Below, piece by piece: positions 14,401 to 28,200 of a DNA stretch of 64,000 nucleotides (position 1 is its first letter; each line of letters starts with the position of its first letter). Source of the DNA: Eledone cirrhosa. Taxonomy: Eukaryota. The notes beneath the pieces were generated by a model. It worked only from the letters and a program-made list of their open reading frames with translations, made no database searches and was not told the origin of the DNA. The position numbers and the translations under genes are program-made. The stretch is from the NCBI GenBank assembly GCA_964016885.1, contig OZ024756.1, positions 17,918,001-17,982,000 of the forward strand, written 5' to 3'.

Positions 14401-17400
14401 TCTCTCTGTCTCTTCTGTTTATCTGTCTATTTGTCATCATCATCATCATCGTTATTCAAAATGTTTATTGGACAGACAGTTGTGACCCACAACATCTGTC
14501 CACATTCGTTAAAGGTAGGATGCTTTACAGATATTATTTGATTGATTTCATTGTTGAAGACTAAAATTTAAGAAATTGAGAGATAAAAAAATATGATCTA
14601 CAATGATAAATATTTTCTCAGGAAATTATTTACAATTTTTACATTTGTGACTGTAATTCTAATGAACTATATTGCATTTCCATTATTCAATGAAACATCC
14701 AAGAGTGGTGGATTGGCAGTATCGGTAGAGGGTTGGGCGCCATGCTTTCCAGCATAGTTACGTCCCTTTACGATCTGAGTTCAAATATCACCGAGGTTGA
14801 CTTTGCCTTTCATCCTTACGGAGTCGATAAAATAAAGTACCAGTAATGCACTGGGTAATTGCTGGCCTTGTGTCTAAAGTAGAAACAATTATTCAATGAA
14901 ACATTTTGAAGGATTTATTAAAATTATTAATTATTTCATTACTAAAATAGTTAATTAATGCATGATTCTTATATAAAATTATATTGGAATATTTTAATTT
15001 AAATAGGGACTCTTTAAAACATGTTTTGTTTCATAGAACCAGTGCCAGTTCTGGCTGGTTTGGTATCAAAAGGGTTAAATTGTACTTTTTACTAATGACT
15101 GCTGATCTACAGAACCACCCCTTTTAACTAGGGGTTCTCTCTGTTGGGCCTTGCTATTGTTGATCATTGTTGACTTCATTAACAATCTGTATTTGATGTC
15201 CCTTCTTTTCCATGTTTTTTTTTATGTACAGGTCCACCTGGGCGTCCAAATCTACAAGCTCCATCTGGTAATCTGATTCTAGGCGACACTGTCACTGTTT
15301 TTTGTGAAAGCAATGTAGGCAAACCAGCTAAGAATTTAGAACTCTGTATTGACAGTGATGGCATTGATTCCACAAACCCTATTTGTAGTAATGGAACTGA
15401 ACTAGTTGAAATAGAAAATAAATGCATTTTCACACAAAATGTAAGCCAGACATTTAGCGTGAGTGAAAAAACACGTCGTGCTACATGCAAGGTTGGATCA
15501 ACTACATTCAAATCAGAAAAATCCTGGAATGTATACTGTAAGTTTACCTTTATTATTCTTTAATATATGTATTATTTTATTCTTTACAGTTATTAGACTG
15601 TAGTCAAGCTGCGACATCAACTTTAAGGGACATTAGGCAATCATATCAAGTCTGGTATTTATTTTGTCCATCTCCTTTTTGTCAACATACTAAGTTATGG
15701 TTGATAAACGCACACGCACACACACACCACCACAACCACCACCATTACCATCATCACCATCATCATCACCATCATTTGACACCCATTGCCCTGCTAACAA
15801 GGGTTGGTGTTACTGCACACTTTGACAGTGTTTCATTGGTGTTACTGCACAGCTAGACAGACACAGATGCATTATTGTACACCTAGATAGACAGCCTGTA
15901 ATGTAACTTGCAGCATCCATGTCACATTTGTTCATTCTATTCTACAAGATGCACTGAATGCACTTTTTACATGCCACATATACTTGAGTTATTATGTATA
16001 TATGTGATCTGAATAGCTGCAGGCATGCCTGTGTGGTTAAGAAGTTTGCTTCACAGTCTTGTGGTTTTAGGTTCAATCTCATTGGTTTCAAATAGAATCA
16101 TCCTTCTGTATGCCTTGACCCTCTGTCAAATGTAGGATCTACATCATCATCATCATCATTATTCAAAATGTTTATTGGACAGACAGTTGTGTGACCCATA
16201 ACATCTGTCCACAGATATTATTTGATTGATTTCATTGTTGAAGACTAAAATTTAAGAAATTGAGAGATGAAAAAATATGATCTACAATGATAAATATTTC
16301 CTCAGGAAATTATTTACAATTTTTACATTTGTGACTGTAACTCTAATGAACTATATTGCATTTCCATTATTCAATGAAACATTTTGAAGAATTTATTAAA
16401 ATTATTAATTATTTCATTACTAAAATAGTAATTTAACGTATGCTTCTCATATAAAATTATGTTGGAATATTTTGATTTAAATAGGGACTCTTTGAAACAT
16501 GTTTTGTTTCATAGAACCAGAGCCATTTCTGGCCGTTTTGGTATCAAAAGGGTAAATATGTGCTTTTTGCTAATGACTGCTGATCTCTACTACAGAACCA
16601 CCCCTTTTAACTAAGGCTTCTCTCTGTTGGGCCTTGCTACTGTTGATCATTGTTGACTTCATTAATAATCTGTATTTGATGTCCCTTCTTTTCCATGTTT
16701 TTATTTTATGTACAGGTCCACCTGGGCGTCCAAATCTACAAGCTCCATCTGGTAATCTGATTCTAGGCGACACTGTCACTGCTTTTTGTGAAGGCAATGT
16801 AGGCAAACCAGCTAAGAAATTACATCTATGTATCGGAAATTCACAAAACAGTCAATGTGTTAATGGAAGCGAACCAGTTAAACAAACTGATGTATGCATG
16901 TTCACACAAAATGTAAGCCTGACAGTTAAGCTGACTAAAGCGACAATCCGTGCTACATGCAATGTTGGATCAAATAAATCAGAACAGACCTGGAATGTAT
17001 TCTGTAAGTTTATTTCTTTTATTCTTTAATCTTTTTATTACTTTATTCTTTAGTTATTAGACTACAGTCAGACTAGGGGATATACTTCAAGGAACATGAG
17101 GCAATCATATCAACTCCAGTACTTATTTTTTCAAGTCTGGTATATATTTTGTCCATCCCCTTTTTGTCAACATGTTAAGTTATGGGCTGTAAACACAGAT
17201 GCACACACACACATACATACACATACATCATCATCATTGCCTTCATTTAACATCCATTTTCTGTGCTAACAAGGGATGGATGGGTTGTCACAGGCGGAAT
17301 CAACTCTCAACAAGTGGAGTTACTGACCTCTCAGACAAGCCTGTATCTGACATATGTTACTGTGCTGTACTGAGTGTATTTTATCATAGTACCAGCACTA

Positions 17401-20400
17401 GGGATGTTGTCATGTCTAATGACACAGCTGAAGTATCCTTCTGGTCCTTTTTTTGGAAGGTTTTCTGCAACTGGATACCCATCTTTTCACCAGCACTAGG
17501 GAGGTTGTCATGTCCCTATGTTATGAGTATTTGACAAAATACATTCTGTTATTTGTACTTGCTTTCTGTTTAAGTTCAAATCTTGCTGTGGCCCACCTGG
17601 GTTGTTGACTTAATCTGGTACCTGGTTTAACAACATCACCTGGCCCTTCTTGGGTGCCTTTAGCAGAGTCCACTCTGTTGCAAGCATTCGAGCCAGGTTT
17701 CTGATTTCAGCAGATCATCTCCCATTCCTTCCAACATTCATAAAGACCCAGGAAAGTATTATGGATACTGGCCCCTTCTGTCCATTTCTAAACAATTAAC
17801 AAAAAGTAAAAATGAATGTTTCTTTCAGTTTGGGCAATCAAAGTCTCCCACATTTGGTTCATTGTCATCATCACCATCATCACTATGACCACCACCAGCT
17901 TCATCGCTGCCACCACCATCATCATCATTATCACCAGCACCACTGTCATCACCACCACCATCACCATTATCACCACCACCACCATCAACATCATCACCAC
18001 CACTATCATCATCATCATCATCACTCATCTATTTTCCATGGTTGCATGAGTTTGACTGGCTGTCATGTTATGTAGCTAGACAGGTCCAGTGACCATGTCT
18101 TGCTCATACAATCTGTTTTTGTCTTGGTTTTCTACAGTGGATGCTCTTCCTAATGTCAACCATCTTACAGGGTGGACTGGGTGCTTTTTGTCATAGCACC
18201 ACCATTACCACTTTACAGCATATACAGGGAGATTTCTTGTGGCACCACCACTACCACTTTACAGGGTGATCTGGGTGCTTTTTAATCTTTGCACTTGTAC
18301 AACCACCTTACAGGGTGGACCAAGTGCTTTTATTTTGGCACCTGTACAACCACTCTCCTGGAGAGAGAGGAGAGAAAGAGAGTGTATATGTTTCTCTAAT
18401 ACCACCACCACCACCACCTACTACATTCTCTATGATCTCCTATACATTTCAGATCCCGTTGACTCCATAATGTTATTTCCATCTGACGATACTTGGACAC
18501 TGAGCCGTGGCAGCAGTAAAACCTTCAAATGTGAGGCACTTGGCAACCCCCAACCCACATACAAGTGGCAATTTTTCCCAAAGTCGTCTCAAGACAACCG
18601 TATATACCAGGGTCAAAGTATCAATCTTCATTCTCAACAGAGTGGCCGCTATGTATGTACTGCCACCAACACAGTCAGAGGAGTCCAGTATAACATGACA
18701 AAAACATTGGTAGTTACTGTCGGTAAGTCAATTTCTATATCTTTTATATATTTCCTCCCTCTCCCGCTCCCTCCCTCTATTTTTCTCTATTATATAACTT
18801 TCCCAAGTAATTGATGACTTGGTCATGGTACCCATTGCTCCTACATGCATTCTGCACCACTGTGCACAATCTGCGGAAGTGACTATAACTGGACCATGAA
18901 AGCCAAGGTAGTGTTTTCTTGTTCTGTGTATGAATATAAATAATACACACACACACGCATATATAGTAATAATAATAAATGTGAAGACTAAAATCCAAAG
19001 AGGGCTCGATAAGGATAAAAGCAGCGATTCTTTGCTTAGACTTTAATCTGTTATTTTAATAAATATATATATATATATGTGTGGAGGTACATGGCTTAGT
19101 GGTTAAAGCATTAGGCTTGCAATCGGAAGGTTGTGAGTTCAATTCTCGGACCGGGTGATGTGTTGTTTCCTTGAGCAAGACACTTTATTTCACATTGCTC
19201 CAGTTTACTCAGCTGTAGAAATGAGATGATAGGACTGGGGTCCCTATCATTCCACTGCAAAGTGGTCATGGAGGTGCCACGGCAAAAAAGTACCCAGCCC
19301 ACACAAGTGGTACAAAAAAGTACCCATCCTTTTTATATATATATAAAAAGGATCTTTATAACATGTACAAAATTTGATGTTAGCAATCCTGCTTTCTCTG
19401 TTTTGGATCATCAGAACATTTGTTATTAGGTTAAATTGTTCTTTCATTAAAACTTTAGCATGAGGATTCACGACCACATTGGTTTTGATTATATATATGT
19501 ATATATATATATATATATATACATGCATAGATATCATCATCATCATCATCGATTAACGTCCATCTTCCACGTTAGCATGGGTTAGACGGGTCCTATTTTG
19601 TTGCGTGACCATGTCTCAGTCAAATAGGGGTGTTTCTAGCTGGTTTTCTATGGCTGGATGCCCTTCCTAATGCCAACCATATTTACAGTGTGGTCTGGTT
19701 GCTTTTTGCCATGTCTTTTATATATATATACTGGGCTGCTACTTATTTTATGAAAAGCAAAGTTGTCTCTAGCAGGATTTGAATGTAAAATGTGGTCAGC
19801 CGGAATAAATACAGCAAAGCATTCTAACTGACGCTCTAATAACTCTGCCAATTCAACACCATATATATATTATTTATTTATATTCATACACACAACAAAA
19901 AGTGCTACCTAAGGTTTCAAGGTCCATTTTTCCATGCTGGGTTAAACAAGTTGTCCTGTTGAGAGACAAGCGAAATCAGGTGACTGTGCCTTGCTCATAC
20001 AGAACTGATCTTGGCTTGGTTTCTATGATTGGATGCCCTTTCTAACACCATCCACATTTACAGTGTGGACTGGGTGCTTTTTGACGTGACACCTACATGA
20101 CCACTCTACAGTGTGGACTGGGATACTTGTGGGGGGTGTATGGAAGGAGGGAGGTACGGGAAATGTGGTGCCTACTAGATGTATACTTCAACCTATGTGC
20201 ATGGGAAGGTACATCTTCTGTAATATATATGTGTGTGTGTAAAAGGTAAACAGAAATAATAAAACAAACGGTACAGTATATGGAAGTAATATACTAGTTT
20301 AATGCTTGAAATAGCAGGAAGAGGCTCTTAACGTTTTGGACGCTAGTCCTTCATCAAAAGAAAGATTGAGGGGATGGTCAGGGCAGAATCGGAAAACATT

Positions 20401-22198
20401 TTATTAAAGAAATATAACAGATCCATTCATGTTGCCATTTCTTGGAAAACTTTTGATGCTGATATATATATATAAAAACAAAATTTGAATTTGAATGAAT
20501 TTTTGCTTTAACATAGCAGATACATGAATGAAAATATGGGTTATATTGAATAATGGTAATAATAATAACGATAATAATATTTAATTATTATCGTTTGGGA
20601 GCAAACAGCTTCACTTATGTTATGCTTTGATTTTGATGACTATCATCAGCCATTTTTTGAGAAACAGTCAGCATGTTTCTGGGTCATTTCCCTTCATCAG
20701 GACTGTATAGCTCTCTGCTTCTTGAGTGAACTGTTGAAGATGTATAGTATTTTCTAATGTATACATCAGCTGATCAGCCTCATTTGCATACTGAGCGATT
20801 TTACGGCTGGCCTTGCTGAAAAGTAAAAACAAAATTAGAATTTGAATCTTCACTTCTAGCACAGCTGATTACATAAATGTAAGTACGGGTTATATTGAGT
20901 AATAATAATATTATTCAAAGTCAATATTACTATTATTATTATTCAATATATGAGAAGGTGGAGGCAGTGGGAAACCAAATATAGTGTTATGAGACCATAT
21001 ATGGCATTATGAGAAGGTGGGGGAGGTGGTGTGGGACTATATATGGCCTTATTGTTATTTGTTAGTCATTTATTGGTTTTCAAGAACTTATAATTTGCTT
21101 TGATTGTAGTTGAAATGCCAACAGATCCATTGACAACAACCCAAAATCCAAGTGCCACTTCTCCATTTCAAAGAGCTACTGTTGCTCCAGCTACTTCAGG
21201 TAAAATATGTTTCCTCTTCTCCTCTCTCCTCTAGGCTAGTGGTATACAAACTCTGTGGCCTCTACTTACTGGTGTGCCTCAAAAGAACAAGATTTTATTT
21301 CAAAACTTGAAAAATACAAATAGATATTTAAAATAAAATTTACATATATATATGGGGTGTATCAAAGACTGAAATGCATGTAAAAATTGTAAGTAACTTT
21401 ATAAAATATCATAAATGTTATTAAAAAAGTATAAAACTTTATATTCAGTCATGTATTGTACAAGTTACTGCATGATTATATGGTCATTTGTTTAAAAGAT
21501 ATAGTCTTTTGAAATCAAATGATTCTTTTTGATACACCTTGTGTATATGTGTGTGTGTATATATATATATGTCAGGTCACCAGTTGGTGCTACTGGTAAC
21601 ATGTATTCCAGTACAACCTGTCCCATGGTCGGGTCGTTGGCGACTAAACTGGCAACCCCACCAAGGTTTCTTGGTGAGGTGGTTGACTTTGGACATCCTG
21701 CAGGACTAAAAACAAAACCTGTCAAAGGGCAAAGGAGCTCTTAAGAGTCAATGGCCATCCAAAATCACTGGGAGCGATGACCCCTTAGCCTTTGTCAAGG
21801 CAGAATTCTAGGAGAAGGAAAACTCTGATATAACACCTGCAACCCTAATGGTATCCATTGATGTTGACTTGTTTTTCTTTTTGGTAAATATGATCTTGGT
21901 TAAGAGAGTGGGACTGGCTTTGTGCAGTGCCTTTGTTCACTATAAAAGCTTCACGGCACAGGCATTGCTTTATATCTGGAGATCTCTCTGCACTTGTCGT
22001 CACATGGTACCATGGGCCCAGCACTATGTGTCAATAATTGTCACAAGTGTAGTGTTTGTACCAGAGTTTTCAAGTCGCTGGCTGGACTAAAAAGTCACAC
22101 TCGTTCAGCGCATTGGTAGGGGTTCTCCTACATGGATATAAAGTAGTGGTCGTACTCGAAAACGAGTTGGAAGCCACCATATATATATATATATATAC

Positions 22199-22229
<31 letters not shown>

Positions 22230-25200
22230 GTAATATATATATATATATACATATACACAGTTGTCCCCCGATATTTGAGGGGCCTACGTTCCTAGAGCAC
22301 CCACGAAGAGTGGTCCATAAAAAAGCCATTAAAAAATTGCGGAACATATTTACGATTCCACGAATATGAGGTGGTTTCCACGAACAATTATTAGTTAGGT
22401 TCTAAGGAAAATTCCGCAAATACTGAGGGTACAGTGTATATTTTATATATATATATACTCACACACACCTACATATACACCCTGTGTGTGTGTATATGTA
22501 TATATATATATATATAAATAGAGTCTGCGGTGCTGAGACCGAGGTGACCACTAATCATGTGAGTACTCAATACATGGGGAGATGTAGAGTGGGTATAGAG
22601 ATATGTAAAATCCCGGCCGCAGTGCCAAACAGATTTGGTTTGGGTGTACAGCAAGCCTTTTCAAGGGTGTAGTAATATTTGTAGGGTATGAAAAATAGCT
22701 CCCTCAGTAGAGCACGTTTTCCAACACTAATCCAACTACTCAGTGACCGCCTACCTATATATATATATATTACATATTATATTATTTATTTTACATATAC
22801 ATTGTTTTACGATCGTTTCGAGTTGATCATCTCAATATATTGACTATAGCGGTTAAGGAACTGTATACTATCAGACATAATATATGGATTTCATCATACC
22901 ATCTTCTTCGGAAACAATGATGTTAGAATCTTTATTGATAGTATATAAAAGGGTAGATATATGTATTGTTTCTACTTTTGGCACAAGGCCAGCAATTATC
23001 CCAGTGTATTACTGGTCCTTTCTTTTATGGACCCGGTAAGGATGAAAGGCAAAGTTAACCTCAACGGGACTTGAACTCAGATCATAAAGGGCCGTAGCCG
23101 TAACTCTTTGCTGCAAAACATGGCGTCAGACCCTCTACTGATACTGCCAATCCACCACCCATACATATATAGATATATATATTGCCAATAAAAAAAGGCA
23201 TTTAGAGATTGACTCAGCGAAATACGGGACCAATCACTTGTTCTCACAGTCATTATATATATGTGAGTATCATCATCATCGTTTAACGTCCATCTTCCAC
23301 ACTAGCATGGGTTGGACGGTTTTGTGTATGAGTGTGTGTATATATATATATATAATTGCAGCTATATATATATATATATAATTTATATATCATTACAAGG
23401 GCAAAGGAGACGCCCTGGATAGAGGAAACTATAGGGGCATTAAATTAGTTGATCAGGTCATGAAAGTCACAGAAAGAGTTATTACTCAACTGATTTGGTT
23501 TTGTGCCAGGTAAAAGTACCTCGGATGCTCTTTTCCTTGTACAGAAATTACAGGAGAAGTACCTAGCTAACAGTAAACCCCTCTACTTAGCTTTTGTTGA
23601 CCTGAAGGTTAGAATTAACAATGAATATAGTAGGGATTCACCAAGGCTCCGTCCTTAGCCCCCTCCTGTTTATTATTATCCTAAAGGCTATAACAGAAGG
23701 GTTTAAGACTGGCTGCCCATTGTATGTTGTTGGTGGTGGTGAGCAATTTATTGTGTTTTTTTTAATCTATTTTCCTATTTTTCTTTTATCAGACAAACAA
23801 AAGATTATCCTGGGAACTATTATCCCATTAATCATCATCATCATCATTGTGATTATATGTTTCATATTGTACAAAAGAAGAGCTAAACCTACGGAAATTG
23901 AAGGTCAGTTGAAGCAGTAATATCTCCTTATATATATAACCAGCAATTTCTCTGTCTGTCTGTCCGACAGTGGAAACACGTGCGTAGAGAGAGAGTGAGA
24001 GTGAAAGAAAGAGACAGACTACGAGAGGGGGATAGCGGGAGGGGGAGAGGGGGAGAGAGAGTAAATAGACGCTAAAACACGTGCTATAGAATCATTACCT
24101 TCCCCTCTTTACTGACTTTGGTCACTGAGGCCGAGGGAATCGCTGGTTGCTATAGAGACACCTTGTACAAGCCAGAAGTAACCAGTTCGATGCGGTTCTG
24201 ACTTGACACCATTTGAAGAATGGTTGCCATTGAATTTGTGGTTGTTGCTGCTGATAATAAGGACCATTTGAAGAAGGTTGCTGCTGATGAGGTCATTTAT
24301 TAATCAGATTGCGCAGTTCCATAACCTACGTTTGATTTGTTCAATTTTTTTCTTCAATTTTTTTTGTTTTTTTTTATTTCTTATTGAAAAAATATAAATA
24401 ATAAAATAAGGTTAGAAATTTAAATACAATTAAATACGATTTAATTTCCATTTCCAGCAGCCAATGTCCAGTGTTCAATTTCATGAAAAAATTGGAAATA
24501 ATTCAAAAAATTGAAGTTTAACTTTTGAACATTTGTTTTAACAATAAAAAAATATTTCCTTATTCACACCTAATGGTATGATTAAAATTTCATAGGAATA
24601 TTTTTTTCTAACCGCCAGTTATTTAAATATTATTAAAAATAAATTTTTTTTTTAAAAGAATGGAAGATTTTGTGGATTTTTTTTACCACCTTCCAAGACT
24701 TAAACACTAATTCTCGCAAATTTGTGTTTTGTAATGACCCTCAGGACGCTGCTATTGTTGATTCCAATAGTGCCTGGAATTCGAATATGTTAGTATACAA
24801 TTTTTTGAATAAAATTAAGGCGCAATTAGAGCTGCCAAACAAGATTTTTTTCGGCTTCGGCCCATATTATATATATATATAATGGGGATGATGATGATGA
24901 TATACAGAGTTACATATGTATATGTAATCTCCTTATAATATATAACCAGCAATTTCTCTGTCTGTCTGTCCGACAGTGGAAACACGTGCGTGCGTGCGAA
25001 TGTTTTTTGCGTACGCGTAGAGAGAGAGTGAGAGTGAAAGAAAGAGACAGACTACGAGAGGGGGATAGCGGGAGGGAGAGAGAGAGAGAGAGTGAATAGA
25101 CGCTAAAACACGTGCGCGCGTGCGAATGTTTTTTGCGCACGCGTCGATAGAGAGTGAGAGTGAAAGAAAGAGACAGACTACAAGAGGGGGATAGCGGGCG

Positions 25201-28200
25201 GGAGAGGGGGGAATTGAGGAGTGCTACAGAAACATATATACATTTCTGTGTGTGTGTAATATATATATATATATACATTTCTGTGTGTGTAATATATATA
25301 TATACTAGCAGAAAACCACCCACCGGGTGGTTTTCTGCTAGTCTATATATATAAAACTGAGGATGTCTGTCTGTGTGTGAGTGAGTTTGAATCCCTAAAA
25401 CTTGAGAACCACCACCGAACCGACTGTTTTCAATTTCTCTGTTTTCATTTCTCTGTTTGTCTGTCTGTCTGTCCTTCCCTAAAACTCAAATGTAGGTGCC
25501 ACAGAAATATTACCTTCCCCTTCCTTTCTCCACTTTGGTACTACCAAGAGAAACACTGTCGCTACAGAAACATTACCTTCCCCTCTCCACAGACTTTGGT
25601 CACTGAGGCCGAGGGAATCGCTGGTTGCTATAGAGACACCTTGCACAAGCCAGAAGTAACCAGTTCGAGGCGGTTCTGACTTGACACCATGCCAAGGACC
25701 ATTTGAAGATATATTTCCATCGTTATATCATAACGTTTATGTATCATAACGTTTATATTTCTGTCACTAATCTCTTTTTCTCCTTTTTCGTTTTAACATA
25801 TATTTATTTCAAAGATTTCACCGTATAGATAACATATATATTTATACATGCATAAAAGACACACCGAGAGACGGTGAACATGTGGTGCCGAAAACATTTC
25901 TCATCCAAATCTCAACAATATCAGTATATACACTAGATTTGCTAGCAGAAAACCGCCCACCAGGTGGTTTTCTGCTAGTCTATATATATAAAACTGAGGA
26001 TGTCTTTCTGTGTGTGTGTGAGTTCGAATCCCTAAAACTTGAGAACCACCACCGAACTGACTGTTTTCAAACTTTACACATGTAATACCTATGTTTCAGG
26101 GAGTGTTCTGAGCAAAAAAAATTTCAAATTTTGAATGCCCTAGGGACTGTATCAGGCGATTTAGCGATCTCACTCTATAATTCTTAGTCTTTCTCTTTTA
26201 TAGATAGATACATACATATAACGTCGCGCCCTTATAATATCTGTCTGTATGTCTGGCTGTCTGCATTACGTCACTTCCCTGAGGATGTCTGAGTGTGTGT
26301 GTGTGTGTGGATGGGTGTCTGGATGTGACACAACTATAGGACATGATCAGTGTTGTATTCCAGAGTCACAGACTGTTTCTGGTCCTACAACATAGTCACA
26401 CTCATCCAGAGATCACAACCACAGGAAATATCATTAATGTTGTATTCTGGTGTCACTGAGTGCGTGTGTGTGTATGGGTATCTTGGTGTGAGTATGTGTC
26501 TATATAGATGTCTGGGTGTGAATATGTCTATATGGATGAGTGTGTGTGTGTGTCTGGCTGCGAATATGTGTCTGTGAGTGTGTGTGTGCCTGTCTGTGAG
26601 TGTAAGTGGATGGGTGTTCGACTATGCGTCTGGGTGTGTGTGGTATTTTCTAAATATGTACCCCTCTATTCTCCACCCCACCCATCCTATAAACCAATTC
26701 CATTCATAAACTCTGTCTCACTCTCTTTCAGAACCTCCAGAAAAACCACGGAAGTAAGTTACTGTTTTGTTTTATTTTGTGGTTGATATGGTGGCGGTGG
26801 TTGGGGCGGTGGTGGTGGTGGTGGCGGAGATAGTTGATATGGTGGTGGTGTGGCGGTAGTGGTGGAGATGGTTGATGTGGTGGTGGTGGTGGTGGCAGAG
26901 ATGGTTGATGTGGTGGTGGTGGTGGTGGTGGCGAAGATGGTTGATGTGGTGGTGGTGGTGGTTGATATGGTGGTAGTGGTGGTGGTGGTGGTGGCGGTGG
27001 TGATGATGGTTGATATGGTGGCTGTGGTGGAGATGGTTGATATGGTGGTGGTGGCGAAGATGGTTGATGTGGTGGTGGTGGCGGCGAAGATGGTTGATGT
27101 GGTGGTGGTGGCGGAGATGGTTCATGTGGTGGCGGAGATGGTTGATGTGGTGGCGTGTATAGTAATATTGGTGGTATAGCACTGGTGGTGGTTGATATGG
27201 TGTGGTGGTGGTAGTGGTGGTGGTGATGATGGTTGATATGGTGGTGGCGTGGTGGTGATGATGGTTGATATGGTGGGGTGGTGGTGGTGGTGGTTGATAT
27301 GGTGGCGTGGAGGTGGTGGTGATGATGGTTGATATGGTGGCGTGGTGGTGGTGGTGATGATGGTTGATATGGTGGTGGTGGTGGTGGTGGTGGTCATCAT
27401 GGTAGTGGTGGTGGTGGTGGTGGTGGTGGTTAACATAGTGTATAGCAGTGGTTGTGGTAATGGTGATGGTGGTAGAGCCATGGTGCTGGTAATGGTGAGG
27501 TGTATAGTAGTGGTGGTGGTGTATAGTAGTATTGGTGATGGTTGTGGTATAGCAGTGGTGGTGGTGGTAGGGTTGAGGGTGATATAGCCGTGGTGGGGTG
27601 TATAGTAGTATTGGAGATGGTAGTGGTATAGCAGTGGTGGTTGTGGTGGTGGTGGTGGTGGTAGGGTTGAGGGTGGTATAGGTGAGGTGTATAGTAGTAT
27701 TGGTGATGGTAGTGGTATAGCAGTGGTGGTTGTGGTGGTGGTGGTGGTGGTAGGGTTGAGGGTGGTATAGGTGAGGTGTATAGTAGTATTGGTGATGGTA
27801 GTGGTATAGCAGTGGTGGTTGTGGTGGTGGTGGTGGTGGTAGGGTTGAGGGTGGTATAGGTGAGGTGTATAGTAGTATTGGTGATGGTAGTGGTATAGCA
27901 GTGGTGGTTGTGGTGGTGGTGGTGGTGGTAGGGTTGAGGGTGGTATAGCCGTGGTGGGGTGTATAGTAGTATTGGTGGTGGTATAACAGTGGTTGTGGTA
28001 TAGTTGTGATGATGGTGATGTAGTACTGGAGACATTGGTGTGGGGCTGTCATAGTAGTAGTGGTGATGGTGTGGTATAGTAATTGCGGTAGTGGTGATGG
28101 TGGCGGTGAGAGGTTTGTAAGGATAGAGTGTATCTGTTCTAAAAACAGACATATACACAAATATAAACTATAAATTGGTATTTTGGTTTTCTTTAGCAAT

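Noticed and set aside
23621-23792. RT-like sequence in frame with the TM exon (apparent fusion)
   Set aside because: A strong acceptor at 23792 separates the RTE remnant from the exon, so the shared frame is probably coincidental.
26772-28199. 475-aa His/Thr/Pro-rich ORF (extensin-like)
   Set aside because: It is the translation of a (GGT)n satellite, open in several frames and lying antisense inside an intron.
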